Positions 50,320 to 59,752 of a stretch of 64,000 bases of DNA are shown in pieces. The stretch spans positions 1 through 64,000 of the forward strand of contig JALXBF010000058.1 of assembly GCA_026991575.1 (NCBI GenBank), given 5' to 3'. The first letter of the stretch is position 1, and each line of letters opens with the position of its first letter. The notes under the pieces were generated by a model, which had not been told where the DNA came from, did no database searches, and saw only the letters and a list, made by a program, of their open reading frames with translations. Made by a program: the position numbers and the translations under genes. Source of the stretch: Planctomycetota bacterium. Its GTDB lineage: Bacteria > Planctomycetota > Planctomycetia > JALXBF01.

Positions 50320-53300
50320 TTACGAACAGCCCATCGAGTTTCCGCAATTCAAGCACCGGAAGCAACTGCCACTGCGCACCGTGATGGCACCGCAATTATC
50401 GCACGGCGGCGCGTCGCTCTGAAGCTGGGCCAACCAGGCAGATGGTGTGTAGGCCGGCGTTTGGCTCGGTTGCCCCTTCGGCTCCTGAGTTGACCCGCGC
50501 GCGGTGGCGGCGGCGTCTCGCTGATGCATTTGCTCTTCGGTCCGGTCCGGGGTCGGCGTGCTGGCAAGCTCGGCGCGGTGCGGCACCGTCTTCTCCCGGT
50601 AACCGGGCACGAAGCTAATGCCAAGCCAGCGGAAGATGTAATCCACGATGCTTTTCGCGTACGGGATGTCCGGATTTTCGGTGAAGCCGGACGGCTCGAA
50701 CCGGACATGCTCGAATTTCCGCACCAGCGCCTCCAGCGGCACACCGTACTGGAGTGCGATGCTGGTCAGGACGCCGATCGTGTCCATCAGCCCGCCGATT
50801 GTGCTCCCTTCCTTTGCCATGTTGATGAACAGTTCGCCGGGGCGGCCGTCGTCGTAGAACCCGACGGTGATGTAACCTTCGTAGCCGGCGATCGAGAACT
50901 TGTGTGTGATGGACCGGCGCGTGTCGGGCAGCCGCTCGCGACGGGGCCCCTGCGGAATCAGCTCACGCTGCACTACCTTGGGCCTGACCGGTTGCTGCCT
51001 GCGTGCCCGCTCGATAACGACCTCCTCGGGCCGCTTACCGGCAACACGAGTCTCGACGTCGCGTTCGGCCTGTTGGCGGTCCTCTTCGTTGCTCACGCTG
51101 GTCGACACCGGTTGACTGCCCTTGGAACCGTCCCGGTAAATGGCCAGTGCCTTCAAGCCGAGCCGCCAGCCTTCGATGTAGGCGTTCATGATGTCCTCGA
51201 CGGTCGACTTGTTCGGCATGTTCACCGTCTTGGAGATCGCTCCTGAGATGAACGGCTGCACTGCGGCCATCATCTTCAGGTGAGCTGAATAGTGTATGCA
51301 TCGGCCGCCTCCCGGGGGTGGGAACGCACAGTCGAACACGGGTAGATGCTCTTCTTTCAGTCCCGGCGCCCCCTCGATCTTGTCGTGTTGCTCCAGGTAC
51401 GCGACGATCTCCTCGATGCTGGCCTTGTCGTAGCCGAGCCGTTCCAGTGCCATCGGCACGGTGCGGTTCGGAATGCGGAGCATGCCACCGCCGGCCAACA
51501 GCTTGTACTTGATCAGCGCGATGTCCGGCTCGATGCCCGTCGTATCGCAGTCCATCATGAAACTGATCGTGCCTGTAGGCGCAACAACGGTGGCCTGAGC
51601 GTTGCGATAGCCGTGCCGCCGCCCCAGCTCCAGACAGCGGTCCCAGACGCTGCGTGCCGCTTCGCGCAGGTAGTCCGGGCAACTGGAGTGGATCCGCTCG
51701 ACGGCATCGCGATGCATCTGCATCACCTTCAGCATCGGCTCGCGGTTCTTCGCAAACTCCTCGAACGGCCCCATGTGGCCAGCAACCTCGGCCGAAGTCA
51801 GGTACGCCTGACCGGTCATGATCGCGCTGATGGCACCCGCCAGCGCACGTCCCTCGTCGGAGTCGTACGGCAAACCGAGCGACATCAGCAGCGAGCCGAG
51901 GTTGCTGAAGCCAAGCCCGAGCTGCCGGAACTTGTGCGCGTTGACCGCGATCTTCTCGGTCGGGTAGCTCGCGTTGTCGACGATGATCTCCTGAGCCAGG
52001 ATGAAGATCCGCACCGCGTTGCGGAAACTTTCCACATCAAACGTGCCATCGTCGCGGCGGAACTTCATCAAGTTGAGGCTGGCCAGGTTACAGGCGCTAT
52101 CGTCCACGTGCATGTACTCGGAGCAGGGGTTAGAGCTGTTGATCGGGCCGCTGTTCGGGCAGGTATGCCACCGCTGAATCGTGTCCTCGTACTGGACCCC
52201 GGGATCGCCGCACACCCACGTGCCCCAGGCGATCTTGCGCATCAGCTCGCGGGCGTCGTACGTGTCCATCACCTCGCCGGTAGTCACCGCCCTGGTCTGC
52301 CACTTGCGGCCATGGATCACCGCCTCCATGAACTCGTCGGTGACGCGCACCGACAGGTTCGCGTTCTGGAAGAAGACCGAACTGTACGCTTCGCCGTTGA
52401 AGTCCGCACTGTAGCCACACTTGATCAGGCAGTGCGCCTTTTTCTCCTCCTTCGCCTTGCACTCGATGAACTCCACGATATCCGGGTGCCAGATCCTCAG
52501 TGTCTGCATCTTGGCCGCCCGCCGCGTCTTGCCGCCGGACTTGACCACTGAGGCGATCGCATCATAGACGCGCATGAACGAGACGGGGCCGCTGGGACGG
52601 CCACCGCCGGAGAGTTTCTCCTTGCTGGAGCGCAGCGGGGTCAGGTCCGTACCGGTGCCGGAACCATACTTGAACAGCATTGCTTCGCTCCGGGCCAGCT
52701 CCATGATCGATTCCATGTTGTCCTCGACCGACTGGATGAAGCAGGCCGAGCACTGAGGGTACTCATACGGGGTCTCCACCCGCACAGCCATACGCGTCTG
52801 CGCATCCCAGCGATAGTTCGTTCCCTTGCCCTTGACGCCATACTGGTGATACAGCCCGACGTTGAACCAAACGGGTGAATTGAACGACCCGTACTGGTGC
52901 AGGCAGAGCCAGGTGAGCTCGTGGTAGAAGCGTTCGGCGTCTTCGCGGGTGGCAAAGTAGCCGTCCTTGATTCCCCAGTCGGTGATCGTTCGGGTGACGC
53001 GGTGGATGAGCTGCTTGACGCTATGTTCCCGTTCGTCCGTGCCCGGCTCGCCGTAGAAGTACTTGTTGGCCACGACGTTCGTTGCCAGACGGCTCCAGAA
53101 CTTGGGCACTTCGCAGTTCTTCTGCTCGAAGATGACGTTACCCTGCTCGTCACGGATCACCGCGGTACGAGTCTCCCATTCGACCTCATCAAACGGATGC
53201 ACCCCCTCGGTGGAAAAGTACCGTGGGATCTCAAGCCCCCCCTTGCGGTCCCGCCGAGCGTCCAGGGCCGTTCGAATGCGTTCTAGGCGGTCGACTTCGT

Positions 53301-53349
53301 GGGTCGTTACCGCACCGTTGTTCCGCCGCGTCTCGTGCCGTTCACTCAT
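50320..53349 (-). CDS. nrdJ: Class II (adenosylcobalamin-dependent) ribonucleotide reductase
   Basis: FNSPVWFN, QCSACFI, GGKTRRAAKM, SNPCSEY, APTGTIS, TSCPD-like C-terminal domain, terminal CxxC...CxxC. Start ATG 53349. Confidence 0.95.
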   Translation of the reverse strand: MSERHETRRNNGAVTTHEVDRLERIRTALDARRDRKGGLEIPRYFSTEGVHPFDEVEWETRTAVIRDEQGNVIFEQKNCEVPKFWSRLATNVVANKYFYGEPGTDEREHSVKQLIHRVTRTITDWGIKDGYFATREDAERFYHELTWLCLHQYGSFNSPVWFNVGLYHQYGVKGKGTNYRWDAQTRMAVRVETPYEYPQCSACFIQSVEDNMESIMELARSEAMLFKYGSGTGTDLTPLRSSKEKLSGGGRPSGPVSFMRVYDAIASVVKSGGKTRRAAKMQTLRIWHPDIVEFIECKAKEEKKAHCLIKCGYSADFNGEAYSSVFFQNANLSVRVTDEFMEAVIHGRKWQTRAVTTGEVMDTYDARELMRKIAWGTWVCGDPGVQYEDTIQRWHTCPNSGPINSSNPCSEYMHVDDSACNLASLNLMKFRRDDGTFDVESFRNAVRIFILAQEIIVDNASYPTEKIAVNAHKFRQLGLGFSNLGSLLMSLGLPYDSDEGRALAGAISAIMTGQAYLTSAEVAGHMGPFEEFAKNREPMLKVMQMHRDAVERIHSSCPDYLREAARSVWDRCLELGRRHGYRNAQATVVAPTGTISFMMDCDTTGIEPDIALIKYKLLAGGGMLRIPNRTVPMALERLGYDKASIEEIVAYLEQHDKIEGAPGLKEEHLPVFDCAFPPPGGGRCIHYSAHLKMMAAVQPFISGAISKTVNMPNKSTVEDIMNAYIEGWRLGLKALAIYRDGSKGSQPVSTSVSNEEDRQQAERDVETRVAGKRPEEVVIERARRQQPVRPKVVQRELIPQGPRRERLPDTRRSITHKFSIAGYEGYITVGFYDDGRPGELFINMAKEGSTIGGLMDTIGVLTSIALQYGVPLEALVRKFEHVRFEPSGFTENPDIPYAKSIVDYIFRWLGISFVPGYREKTVPHRAELASTPTPDRTEEQMHQRDAAATARGSTQEPKGQPSQTPAYTPSAWLAQLQSDAPPCDNCGAITVRSGSCFRCLNCGNSMGCS

Positions 53350-53467
53350 GACTTGCCCCCAAAACGCTAACGTCCTTGGTTCGTACCAGCGGCCCTTCAC
53401 CCAATCGTAGGCCACCGAAGCGGGCCCCCGGCCGTGCCTGCTGGCGGGTACGCCGGCGGCACCGCAG

Positions 53468-53515
53468 GCCCCAGATATTGGGCTATGGCCGCCCCACATC
53501 CCCAATATCTTGGGG
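53468..53515. promoter_or_regulatory. Tandem NrdR boxes
   Basis: GCCCCAGATATTGGGC (53468-83) and CCCCAATATCTTGGGG (53500-15), offset 32 bp, fit the NrdR consensus core CwAtATmTwG. A minus-strand TTGACA at 53529-34 places the -10 region in box 2. Confidence 0.8.
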
Positions 53516-53632
53516 ATCTGCGTCCGGCTGTCAAGTCCCCACCGGCAGAATCGCTCAACCCCCGCCGAAACCCAACCTTGCGGCCGGAGACCACCGGCAT
53601 CGGCGAATACGGCCGTTTTCCCGGTGCGGCCC

Positions 53633-53662
53633 TTGACATCCGGCCCCGCGGCGGGTCAGAAT
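53633..53662 (+). promoter_or_regulatory. Putative sigma70 promoter of the histone gene
   Basis: TTGACA (53633-38), 18-nt spacer, CAGAAT (53657-62). Confidence 0.5.
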
Positions 53663-53793
53663 CGGTCAGACAGCCGGATTTGGCGGTTTCCGGGCGGATT
53701 CGCGACTGCTGCATCCACTGAGGAGTTTTGCTCAGGTTCGATGGCACGGCCCGGTGGTTTCGTTTGCGAGCTAGCTCGAAAGGAGGTGTCGCT

Positions 53794-53991
53794 ATGGCAA
53801 AGAAGAAAGCAGCAAACCGCGAACCGCTTGTCGTAGGCTCCAAGGTGAAGGCGTTCATCGGCTCGAACAACATGCGGATGGACGGGCAACTGCTAGAGGC
53901 CCTGAACGCAAAGGTGTACGAGCTGCTTGAAGCTGCCATCAAACGGTGTCAGGCGAACGGACGCTCCACGGTTCGTCCGCACGATCTGTAA
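53794..53991 (+). CDS. Bacterial histone-fold protein (65 aa)
   Basis: LVVGSKVKAFI...EALNAKVYELLEAAIKRCQANGRSTVRPHDL; RxTVxxxD histone signature; AAGGAGGT SD. Confidence 0.88.
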   Translation: MAKKKAANREPLVVGSKVKAFIGSNNMRMDGQLLEALNAKVYELLEAAIKRCQANGRSTVRPHDL

Positions 53992-54042
53992 GGTCCACAC
54001 ATGAGTTGATTCGACACCGCCCGGAACCGCCCTCCCGGCAAT

Positions 54043-54084
54043 GGCCCGGCACCGCGACCGCTGCCGGGCTCTGTTCTTTTTTTT
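54043..54084 (+). terminator. Intrinsic terminator after the histone gene
   Basis: GGCCCGGCA/TGCCGGGCT stem, then CTGTTC and T8. Confidence 0.6.
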
Positions 54085-54121
54085 CCCGGCGACGGTAGCC
54101 ACCTCGCTCAGGCCGCGCATG

Positions 54122-54148
54122 AAAACAGCCCGGCGCTGCCACCGGGCT
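54122..54148 (-). terminator. Putative terminator of rplU
   Basis: Minus strand AGCCCGG-tggcagcg-CCGGGCT followed by GTTTT. Confidence 0.45.
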
Positions 54149-54175
54149 CTCTCTGTTGCCGCTAACTGGAACCGG

Positions 54176-54520
54176 CTAGCTGTTGGACTCCTGGGAAACG
54201 GCTCCGCCCAGCTCGATCGCCTCGATCACCACACGCGTCGCGCGCTGGCGGTGCCCTTTACGTCGTCGGTAGTTTTTCCTTCGCTTGAACTTCTCCACGT
54301 AGATCTTCGGCCCCTTGACATGCTCCAGCACCCGGCCGACGACGCGTGCCTCGCTAACCACGGGCTGGCCCACCAGGACCTGCTCGGCGCTGCGGCACAG
54401 GAGCACGCGGTCAAAGACCAGCTCATCGCCCGGGTTGAGCCGTTCGCGGTAGTCGACGTCCAGCACCATCCCACGCTCGACCCGGTACTGGTGGCTACCG
54501 TCTTCGATCACCGCATACAT
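54176..54520 (-). CDS. rplU: 50S ribosomal protein L21
   Basis: MYAVIEDGSHQYRV...KFKRRKNYRRRKGHRQ. Confidence 0.96.
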   Translation of the reverse strand: MYAVIEDGSHQYRVERGMVLDVDYRERLNPGDELVFDRVLLCRSAEQVLVGQPVVSEARVVGRVLEHVKGPKIYVEKFKRRKNYRRRKGHRQRATRVVIEAIELGGAVSQESNS

Positions 54521-54877
54521 CGGTCGCAGTCTCCGAATGGCAAGCCGTTCGTTCAGGCAACAGGCTCGGAATTATGGGCGGTCGGAGCGTGATGTTCAAG
54601 GCCGGCCGGCGCGGCGGCATGGCTTGCCCGATGCGGGCCGGGTTGCTACGCTTAAGTGGAGACAGCGAAGAACCTCTGCCTTGTGCGTGATAGACGGTAT
54701 TTTGACGAACCGACACCTGTCCCGCAGGGAGCCTACATGGCCCGGGGAGGCGTATAGCCGCGGTCGTGGCGGCCGTGGATCACGCGAGCCGGGTCTGCGG
54801 CGCCCACTTGGCTTGCGGGTTCTCAAAACGCCGTCTACACGGCAAATGGCGGAGGTTTTTCCTTTTTTGGGCAGCCC

Positions 54878-56215
54878 ATGAAGTCGCTGTTCGAGCCGCT
54901 CGAAGAAGACCGGCTGCGGCGCAACCGGCCGTTGGCCACGCGCATGCGGCCGCGCAGTCTCGAGGAGTTCGTCGGGCAGCGCCACCTGCTCGGGCCCGGC
55001 AAGCTCTTGCGCCGCATGCTCGACGCCGACCGCCTCAGCTCGCTGATCCTGTACGGCCCCCCCGGCAGCGGCAAGACCTCACTGGCCGAGCTCATCGCAC
55101 ATTGCACGAAGGCCCACTTCGTCCAGCTGAACGCCACGACCGCCACCGTGAAGGAGGTGCGTGAGCTGATCGCTCAAGCCCACGATCGCGCCCGGGCCGA
55201 AGGCCGCCGCACCGTGCTGTTCCTCGATGAGATCCACCGCTTCAACCGGGCGCAACAGGACGTGCTCCTACCCAGTCTCGAAGAAGGCTTCCTCATTCTC
55301 GTGGGCGCGACCACCGAGAACCCGTTCTTTGCCTGCACCGGACCACTACTGAGCCGCAGCCAGGTTTTCCGGCTCGAGCCGCTCTCCGAGGACGACCTCG
55401 TCACCCTGCTGGAACGCGCGCTCAGCGATACCGAGCGCGGTCTGGGCCAGTATGCGGTGCAGGCCGATCCGCAGGCCCTGCGCTTCCTGGCTCAAACAGC
55501 CGGCGGTGACGCGCGCCGAGCACTAAACGCCCTGGAACTGGCTGTTCTCTCCGCACGCACTACCCCCGTGCAGCTAACCGTCGAGCTGGCCCGTGACTGC
55601 ATCCAGCGCCGCTATGTCCCGCACGACCGAGCCGGCGACCAGCACTATGACGTCGTCTCCGCATTCATCAAGAGCATGCGGGGCAGCGATCCGGATGCAA
55701 CGGTCTACTGGCTGGCGCGCATGCTGGAGGGGGGTGAGGATCCGCGATTCATCGCGCGCCGGATTGTCATCTGCGCGGCCGAGGACGTCGGTAACGCCGA
55801 CCCGATGGCACTCGTCGTGGCCACCGCAGCGCTGCAGGCCAGCGAGTTCGTGGGCCTGCCCGAATGCAAGCTCATCCTCAGCCAGGCCGCCCTCTACATC
55901 GCCACCGCACCAAAAAGCAACGCCGCGGCCAAAGCCATCTGGCAAGCTGAAGCGGACATCCGCAATGGCCTTGTCCTAGAAGTCCCCCCTCACCTGCGCG
56001 ACGCACACTACCCGGGAGCCGCCCAACTTGGCCACGGCCGCGGCTACAAGTACCCGCACGACTACCCGGGCGGCTGGGTCGACCAGGCCTACCTGCCCCA
56101 GCCCCGCCGCTACTACGAGCCTACAGACCGGGGCCACGAGCGCACGATCCGCCAGCAGCTGGCACGCCGACGCCACGCGGCCACCGACCCGAGCGACTCG
56201 CCGCCGCCGCGCTGA
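54878..56215 (+). CDS. rarA: Replication-associated recombination protein A
   Basis: PLATRMRP, GPPGSGKT, FLDEIHRFN, GATTENP, SAFIKSMRGSDPDA, YKYPHDY. Confidence 0.95.
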   Translation: MKSLFEPLEEDRLRRNRPLATRMRPRSLEEFVGQRHLLGPGKLLRRMLDADRLSSLILYGPPGSGKTSLAELIAHCTKAHFVQLNATTATVKEVRELIAQAHDRARAEGRRTVLFLDEIHRFNRAQQDVLLPSLEEGFLILVGATTENPFFACTGPLLSRSQVFRLEPLSEDDLVTLLERALSDTERGLGQYAVQADPQALRFLAQTAGGDARRALNALELAVLSARTTPVQLTVELARDCIQRRYVPHDRAGDQHYDVVSAFIKSMRGSDPDATVYWLARMLEGGEDPRFIARRIVICAAEDVGNADPMALVVATAALQASEFVGLPECKLILSQAALYIATAPKSNAAAKAIWQAEADIRNGLVLEVPPHLRDAHYPGAAQLGHGRGYKYPHDYPGGWVDQAYLPQPRRYYEPTDRGHERTIRQQLARRRHAATDPSDSPPPR

Positions 56216-56374
56216 ACTGTCCCAATCGCCGCCGCATCATGCCCCCGCGTCAGGTGCAAGGCGTCACGTACACCCGATAGCGGCCAGTGCGCAGCCGGCA
56301 CAACGACACGTCAACCACGCCATAGACGGCACCGTAGCCCCTTGTCACCGCGGCATGCAGCCAGGCCCAGCGCG

Positions 56375-57094
56375 TCAGTGCAAGCGGGCCAGCGGCCCCA
56401 CGGGAAAGAACGGATAGCCCGGCACGCGACGCTGATACTCACGGTAGCTAGCTCCCAAGTAGTGCGCCAGCCGTTCGTCCTTCAAATAGCTGCCGATGAA
56501 GACATAGATCGTCCAGACGACGTTCAACAGCAGCCGGTCGGCCGTCAGCAGCACGGGTGTCCACAGGATGCACAGGAAGCTCAGGTAGATTGGGTGTCGC
56601 AGACAGCGATACACGACGTGGTCCGGCACGGTGCGTGGCGGGAGTCGCCGGCCGCGAAGCCACGCCCAAAACGGGGTCCAGCCGGTCTGGTAGCCAGCCC
56701 CGGAGATCCAGATGCTGTACAGGAGCGCGGCCCAACTGAACCCATACGGCACGTACGCCCACCACACCGCGTGCACGTCCCAAAAAACCGGCCCGAACGA
56801 TCGCCAGTAGAGCAGCGTCACCAGCAGTGAGATGCAGGTTGCGGCGCAGAAGAAGCAGCCATAAAGCGGCCCGGGCACATACTGCGTCAGCCGCTGCCGA
56901 ACCCTGGGCAGTAAAAGCACACTGTGCAAGACGCCGAATTGCACAGCCAGAAGGATGTCCTGCGCACAGGCGCCAGGGCTGCAGCTGCCGGGCGGGTGCA
57001 ATAGACCCGACAACCACACAACCAGAGTAGCCGCTGTCACCGCGAAGGCAACCTGGGTAAAGAAGCCAAGAGCCGTCCATGCCGCAACGCTCAT
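56375..57094 (-). CDS. Membrane methyltransferase, ICMT/Nurim/MddA-like
   Basis: Multi-TM; QFGVLHS, YRCLRHPIY, WTPVLLTADRL, DERL...YREYQRRVP. Confidence 0.75.
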   Translation of the reverse strand: MSVAAWTALGFFTQVAFAVTAATLVVWLSGLLHPPGSCSPGACAQDILLAVQFGVLHSVLLLPRVRQRLTQYVPGPLYGCFFCAATCISLLVTLLYWRSFGPVFWDVHAVWWAYVPYGFSWAALLYSIWISGAGYQTGWTPFWAWLRGRRLPPRTVPDHVVYRCLRHPIYLSFLCILWTPVLLTADRLLLNVVWTIYVFIGSYLKDERLAHYLGASYREYQRRVPGYPFFPVGPLARLH

Positions 57095-57111
57095 CGCCTA
57101 CCGCTCCTCTC

Positions 57112-57957
57112 CTACGAGCCACTCGCTTCGGCCAGGAACAGGCCATACTCCATCGCACCACGACGGTACGCCTCAAGGATGACCGGGAAACCGTCCAGGA
57201 AGGCAACGAACTCCTTGCCGGCCAACCGAGCAAGCCAGCGTGCAGGCCAACCGGACGTGCGCTGAAGACACAGCTCCCATGTGCGTGCCACCTGGTGCCC
57301 CAGCAGCTCAACACGGCGCACCTTCAAGCCTGCCGCGGTCATCCAATCGCGGTACTCCTCTGCCGTCGCAAGCGACGGGCACAGGAACGCGTCACAGACT
57401 CGCTCAACCAGACGCCGCCTTTCCGGATCCCGTTCGGCCGTGGTTGTGGCCAGCCACGCGCAGATGGCCAGATGGCCCCCGGGGGCTAGCCACCGCGCAA
57501 CGCGTCGGAAGAACGCCTGTTTGCCAAAGAGGTGCTCGGTGCACTCGATCGACAGGACCAGGTCGAAGCTGGCATCGTCAAACCAGACCTCCTCCGCATT
57601 CTCGGTTCGGAAACGGGCCCTGTGGGACAACCCACGCCAGCGTGCCGCCAGTCCTGCCCAGCTGCATTGCACGGGGCTAAGCGTGATGCCGGTTACGTGA
57701 CAGCCGAAGTGCCGGGCCAGATACAGGGCCGTGCCTCCCAGCCCGCAGCCGACGTCCAGCACGCGTGCCTCTGCTCCCAGCGGCACGCCGCGCAAGAGCC
57801 GGGCAATCAACGCCCGCTGTGCGTCATGGGGCAAGCGATCCCGATCCCACACGCCGTGGTGAATGTGCTCCCCCCAGAGCAACCGATAAAACAACGATCC
57901 CAGGTCGTAGTGCCACCGAATCGCCGCACACCGGACCGTAGCCGTGGCAGAAATCAT
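57112..57957 (-). CDS. Class I SAM methyltransferase (tocopherol/sterol MT-like)
   Basis: HYD...LWGEHIHHG, VLDVGCGLGG, GITLSPVQ, FDLVLSIECTEH; ATG 57957 with AAGGAGG SD. Confidence 0.88.
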   Translation of the reverse strand: MISATATVRCAAIRWHYDLGSLFYRLLWGEHIHHGVWDRDRLPHDAQRALIARLLRGVPLGAEARVLDVGCGLGGTALYLARHFGCHVTGITLSPVQCSWAGLAARWRGLSHRARFRTENAEEVWFDDASFDLVLSIECTEHLFGKQAFFRRVARWLAPGGHLAICAWLATTTAERDPERRRLVERVCDAFLCPSLATAEEYRDWMTAAGLKVRRVELLGHQVARTWELCLQRTSGWPARWLARLAGKEFVAFLDGFPVILEAYRRGAMEYGLFLAEASGS

Positions 57958-57991
57958 CGGCGCATTCCTCCTTGCTCTGCTCCGCCCCCCC

Positions 57992-58696
57992 TCATCGGCC
58001 TCGTTCCTTTCGCGCAGCACGCACCGCGGGCTTCCTCAGGACAATCACCCCGTAAATGTCCAGATGATCGGCAACGCCAATCGCACCGAACAGCCTCGTA
58101 TAGGGCCGGATCCCGTAATGGCTCTGCAACAGCCGAAAACCACCACGGAGCACCAGCCGGTCGGGCTGATTCGTGGGATACACCCCGGCTTCGAACGATA
58201 GCGGCCGGGTGGTACCGTGCAGCGTAAGCTGGCCGCCGATGCGGTAGACCACGCGGGCATCCCTGAGCCAGCTGGTCCGCGGCTTGGTCGGCTCCAACGA
58301 CCGGATCTGGTAGCGGGCGGTCGGGTAATGTGCCACGTCGAGGATGTCTGGACCGAGCATGATCTGGGTCACCTCACGCTGCTCCGCAACACTGCGGTCC
58401 GGCCGTAGCCCGACCGCGCGCCGCGCATCGGGACCGTCCGCATAAAAGCGACGCATGTCAAATACCAGCTCCCCTCCCTGGACTCCCGGTCCAAATTCGA
58501 TCTTGCCCTCCTTCAGCACGCCGCGGACCCCGTGCTCATGACCAAGTCCCGTGGCATACACGTGCACGAAAACGCGGCTGGCGCGCGTGTCCACGTACCA
58601 TGTGCCCTCCGGCAGCCCAGTGACCTGAGTCGGGGCGGGGACCGCAACCGCAGCCACCACAGTCCAAACGAACAACGTGCAGCTCAGCGGAAACAT
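57992..58696 (-). CDS. YceI-family exported lipid/polyisoprenoid-binding protein
   Basis: Signal peptide; WYVD...S.V, LDVAHYPTARY, GQLTLHGTTR, QSHYGI; ATG 58696 with AGGAGG SD. Confidence 0.82.
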   Translation of the reverse strand: MFPLSCTLFVWTVVAAVAVPAPTQVTGLPEGTWYVDTRASRVFVHVYATGLGHEHGVRGVLKEGKIEFGPGVQGGELVFDMRRFYADGPDARRAVGLRPDRSVAEQREVTQIMLGPDILDVAHYPTARYQIRSLEPTKPRTSWLRDARVVYRIGGQLTLHGTTRPLSFEAGVYPTNQPDRLVLRGGFRLLQSHYGIRPYTRLFGAIGVADHLDIYGVIVLRKPAVRAARKERGR

Positions 58697-58781
58697 CTCG
58701 CGCACCTCCTGGTTCAATGACCACTGCGTTGGAGCTCCTGCAACGTGCTCCTCACTGGCACGCGCCAACGACAGGCTAACA

Positions 58782-58817
58782 TTGCCGGCGGCCCAGGTAA
58801 ATACTAAAATGTTAGTA
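58782..58817 (+). promoter_or_regulatory. Promoter overlapped by a palindromic operator
   Basis: TTGCCG (58782-87), 17-nt spacer, TAAAAT (58805-10); inverted repeat TACTAA-aatg-TTAGTA (58802-17). Confidence 0.6.
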
Positions 58818-58993
58818 ATCCGCCGGTCCCCCCTGGCGTCCGCGGCGGGACTGACGCGAAGCTGAAGCTGTTTGAGGTTCGGCTGTTGCCCGATGCGGCG
58901 CGACCGGGAGCGGTTCAGCACGCGGGGCGCCACGACGAACGGCGTAGAACGGCGCATTGCCCTGGCCGCTGCACCGCATGGAGGACGCCTTCG

Positions 58994-59752
58994 ATGGCCT
59001 GGCTCACCTGGCAGGATCGGCCTGAGACGCTGACCGAGATCCTCGACGACCCAAACGTTCACGATCAAATCCGTGTTCGGATTCTCAGTCAATTGCCGCG
59101 CGTGAACCGCTGGCTCGGCGGCTGGCGTGCGTTGCGGGCAGAACTGCAGCATGTTCATCAGAAGATCGGCCTTGGACGGCGTGTGCTCGATGTGGGCTGC
59201 GGTGTAGGGGATTTGTGTGAGTCGATGCAGCGCTGGGCTGCGCGGATTGGCAATCCCGTCGAGGTGGTAGGCATCGACTTGAGCCGCGGCCTCCTGCGCG
59301 CCGCATCAGGGCGGTCCGTGCTGGCTGTGCGTGCCGACGGGTTCCGACTACCGTTTCCTGACCGCTGCTTCGATCTGGTTACCGCCAGCATGTTCCTGCA
59401 CCACTTCACCGGCAACGACCTGCACCGCCTGTTCGGCGAGCTGTGCCGCGTCGCCGATCGCGCGGTCGTGATCAACGAGCTGTATCGCAGCCGTGTCGCG
59501 TGGCTGGGCTGGCGGCTGTGGAGTCTGTTTTTCACGGACGACGAAATCATCCGGTACGACGGTGCGGTTTCGGTACGCAAGGGATTTATCGCTAGCGACC
59601 TACTAGAACTAGGCCAATCCCAGGAAGGCTTCCACTGGACCGTTCGCAGGCATCCTGGCTTTCGAATCTGCTTGACCGGCACACGGTCTGATGTGGCCCG
59701 GCCGGCGGGCCGTGCTGAGTGCGCCCCTGCCGTAGCGGCGTCGAGCGGATGA
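58994..59752 (+). CDS. SAM-dependent methyltransferase-domain protein (type III PKS cluster)
   Basis: EILDDP...VNRWLGG, VLDVGCGVGD, FLHHF, YDGAVSVRKGF; ATG 58994 with GGAGG SD. Confidence 0.88.
   Translation: MAWLTWQDRPETLTEILDDPNVHDQIRVRILSQLPRVNRWLGGWRALRAELQHVHQKIGLGRRVLDVGCGVGDLCESMQRWAARIGNPVEVVGIDLSRGLLRAASGRSVLAVRADGFRLPFPDRCFDLVTASMFLHHFTGNDLHRLFGELCRVADRAVVINELYRSRVAWLGWRLWSLFFTDDEIIRYDGAVSVRKGFIASDLLELGQSQEGFHWTVRRHPGFRICLTGTRSDVARPAGRAECAPAVAASSG

Noticed and set aside
51346..52551. 401-aa + strand ORF; also a possible intein or intron in nrdJ
   Set aside because: Antisense shadow. nrdJ reads continuously at normal length with no intein or homing-endonuclease motifs seen.
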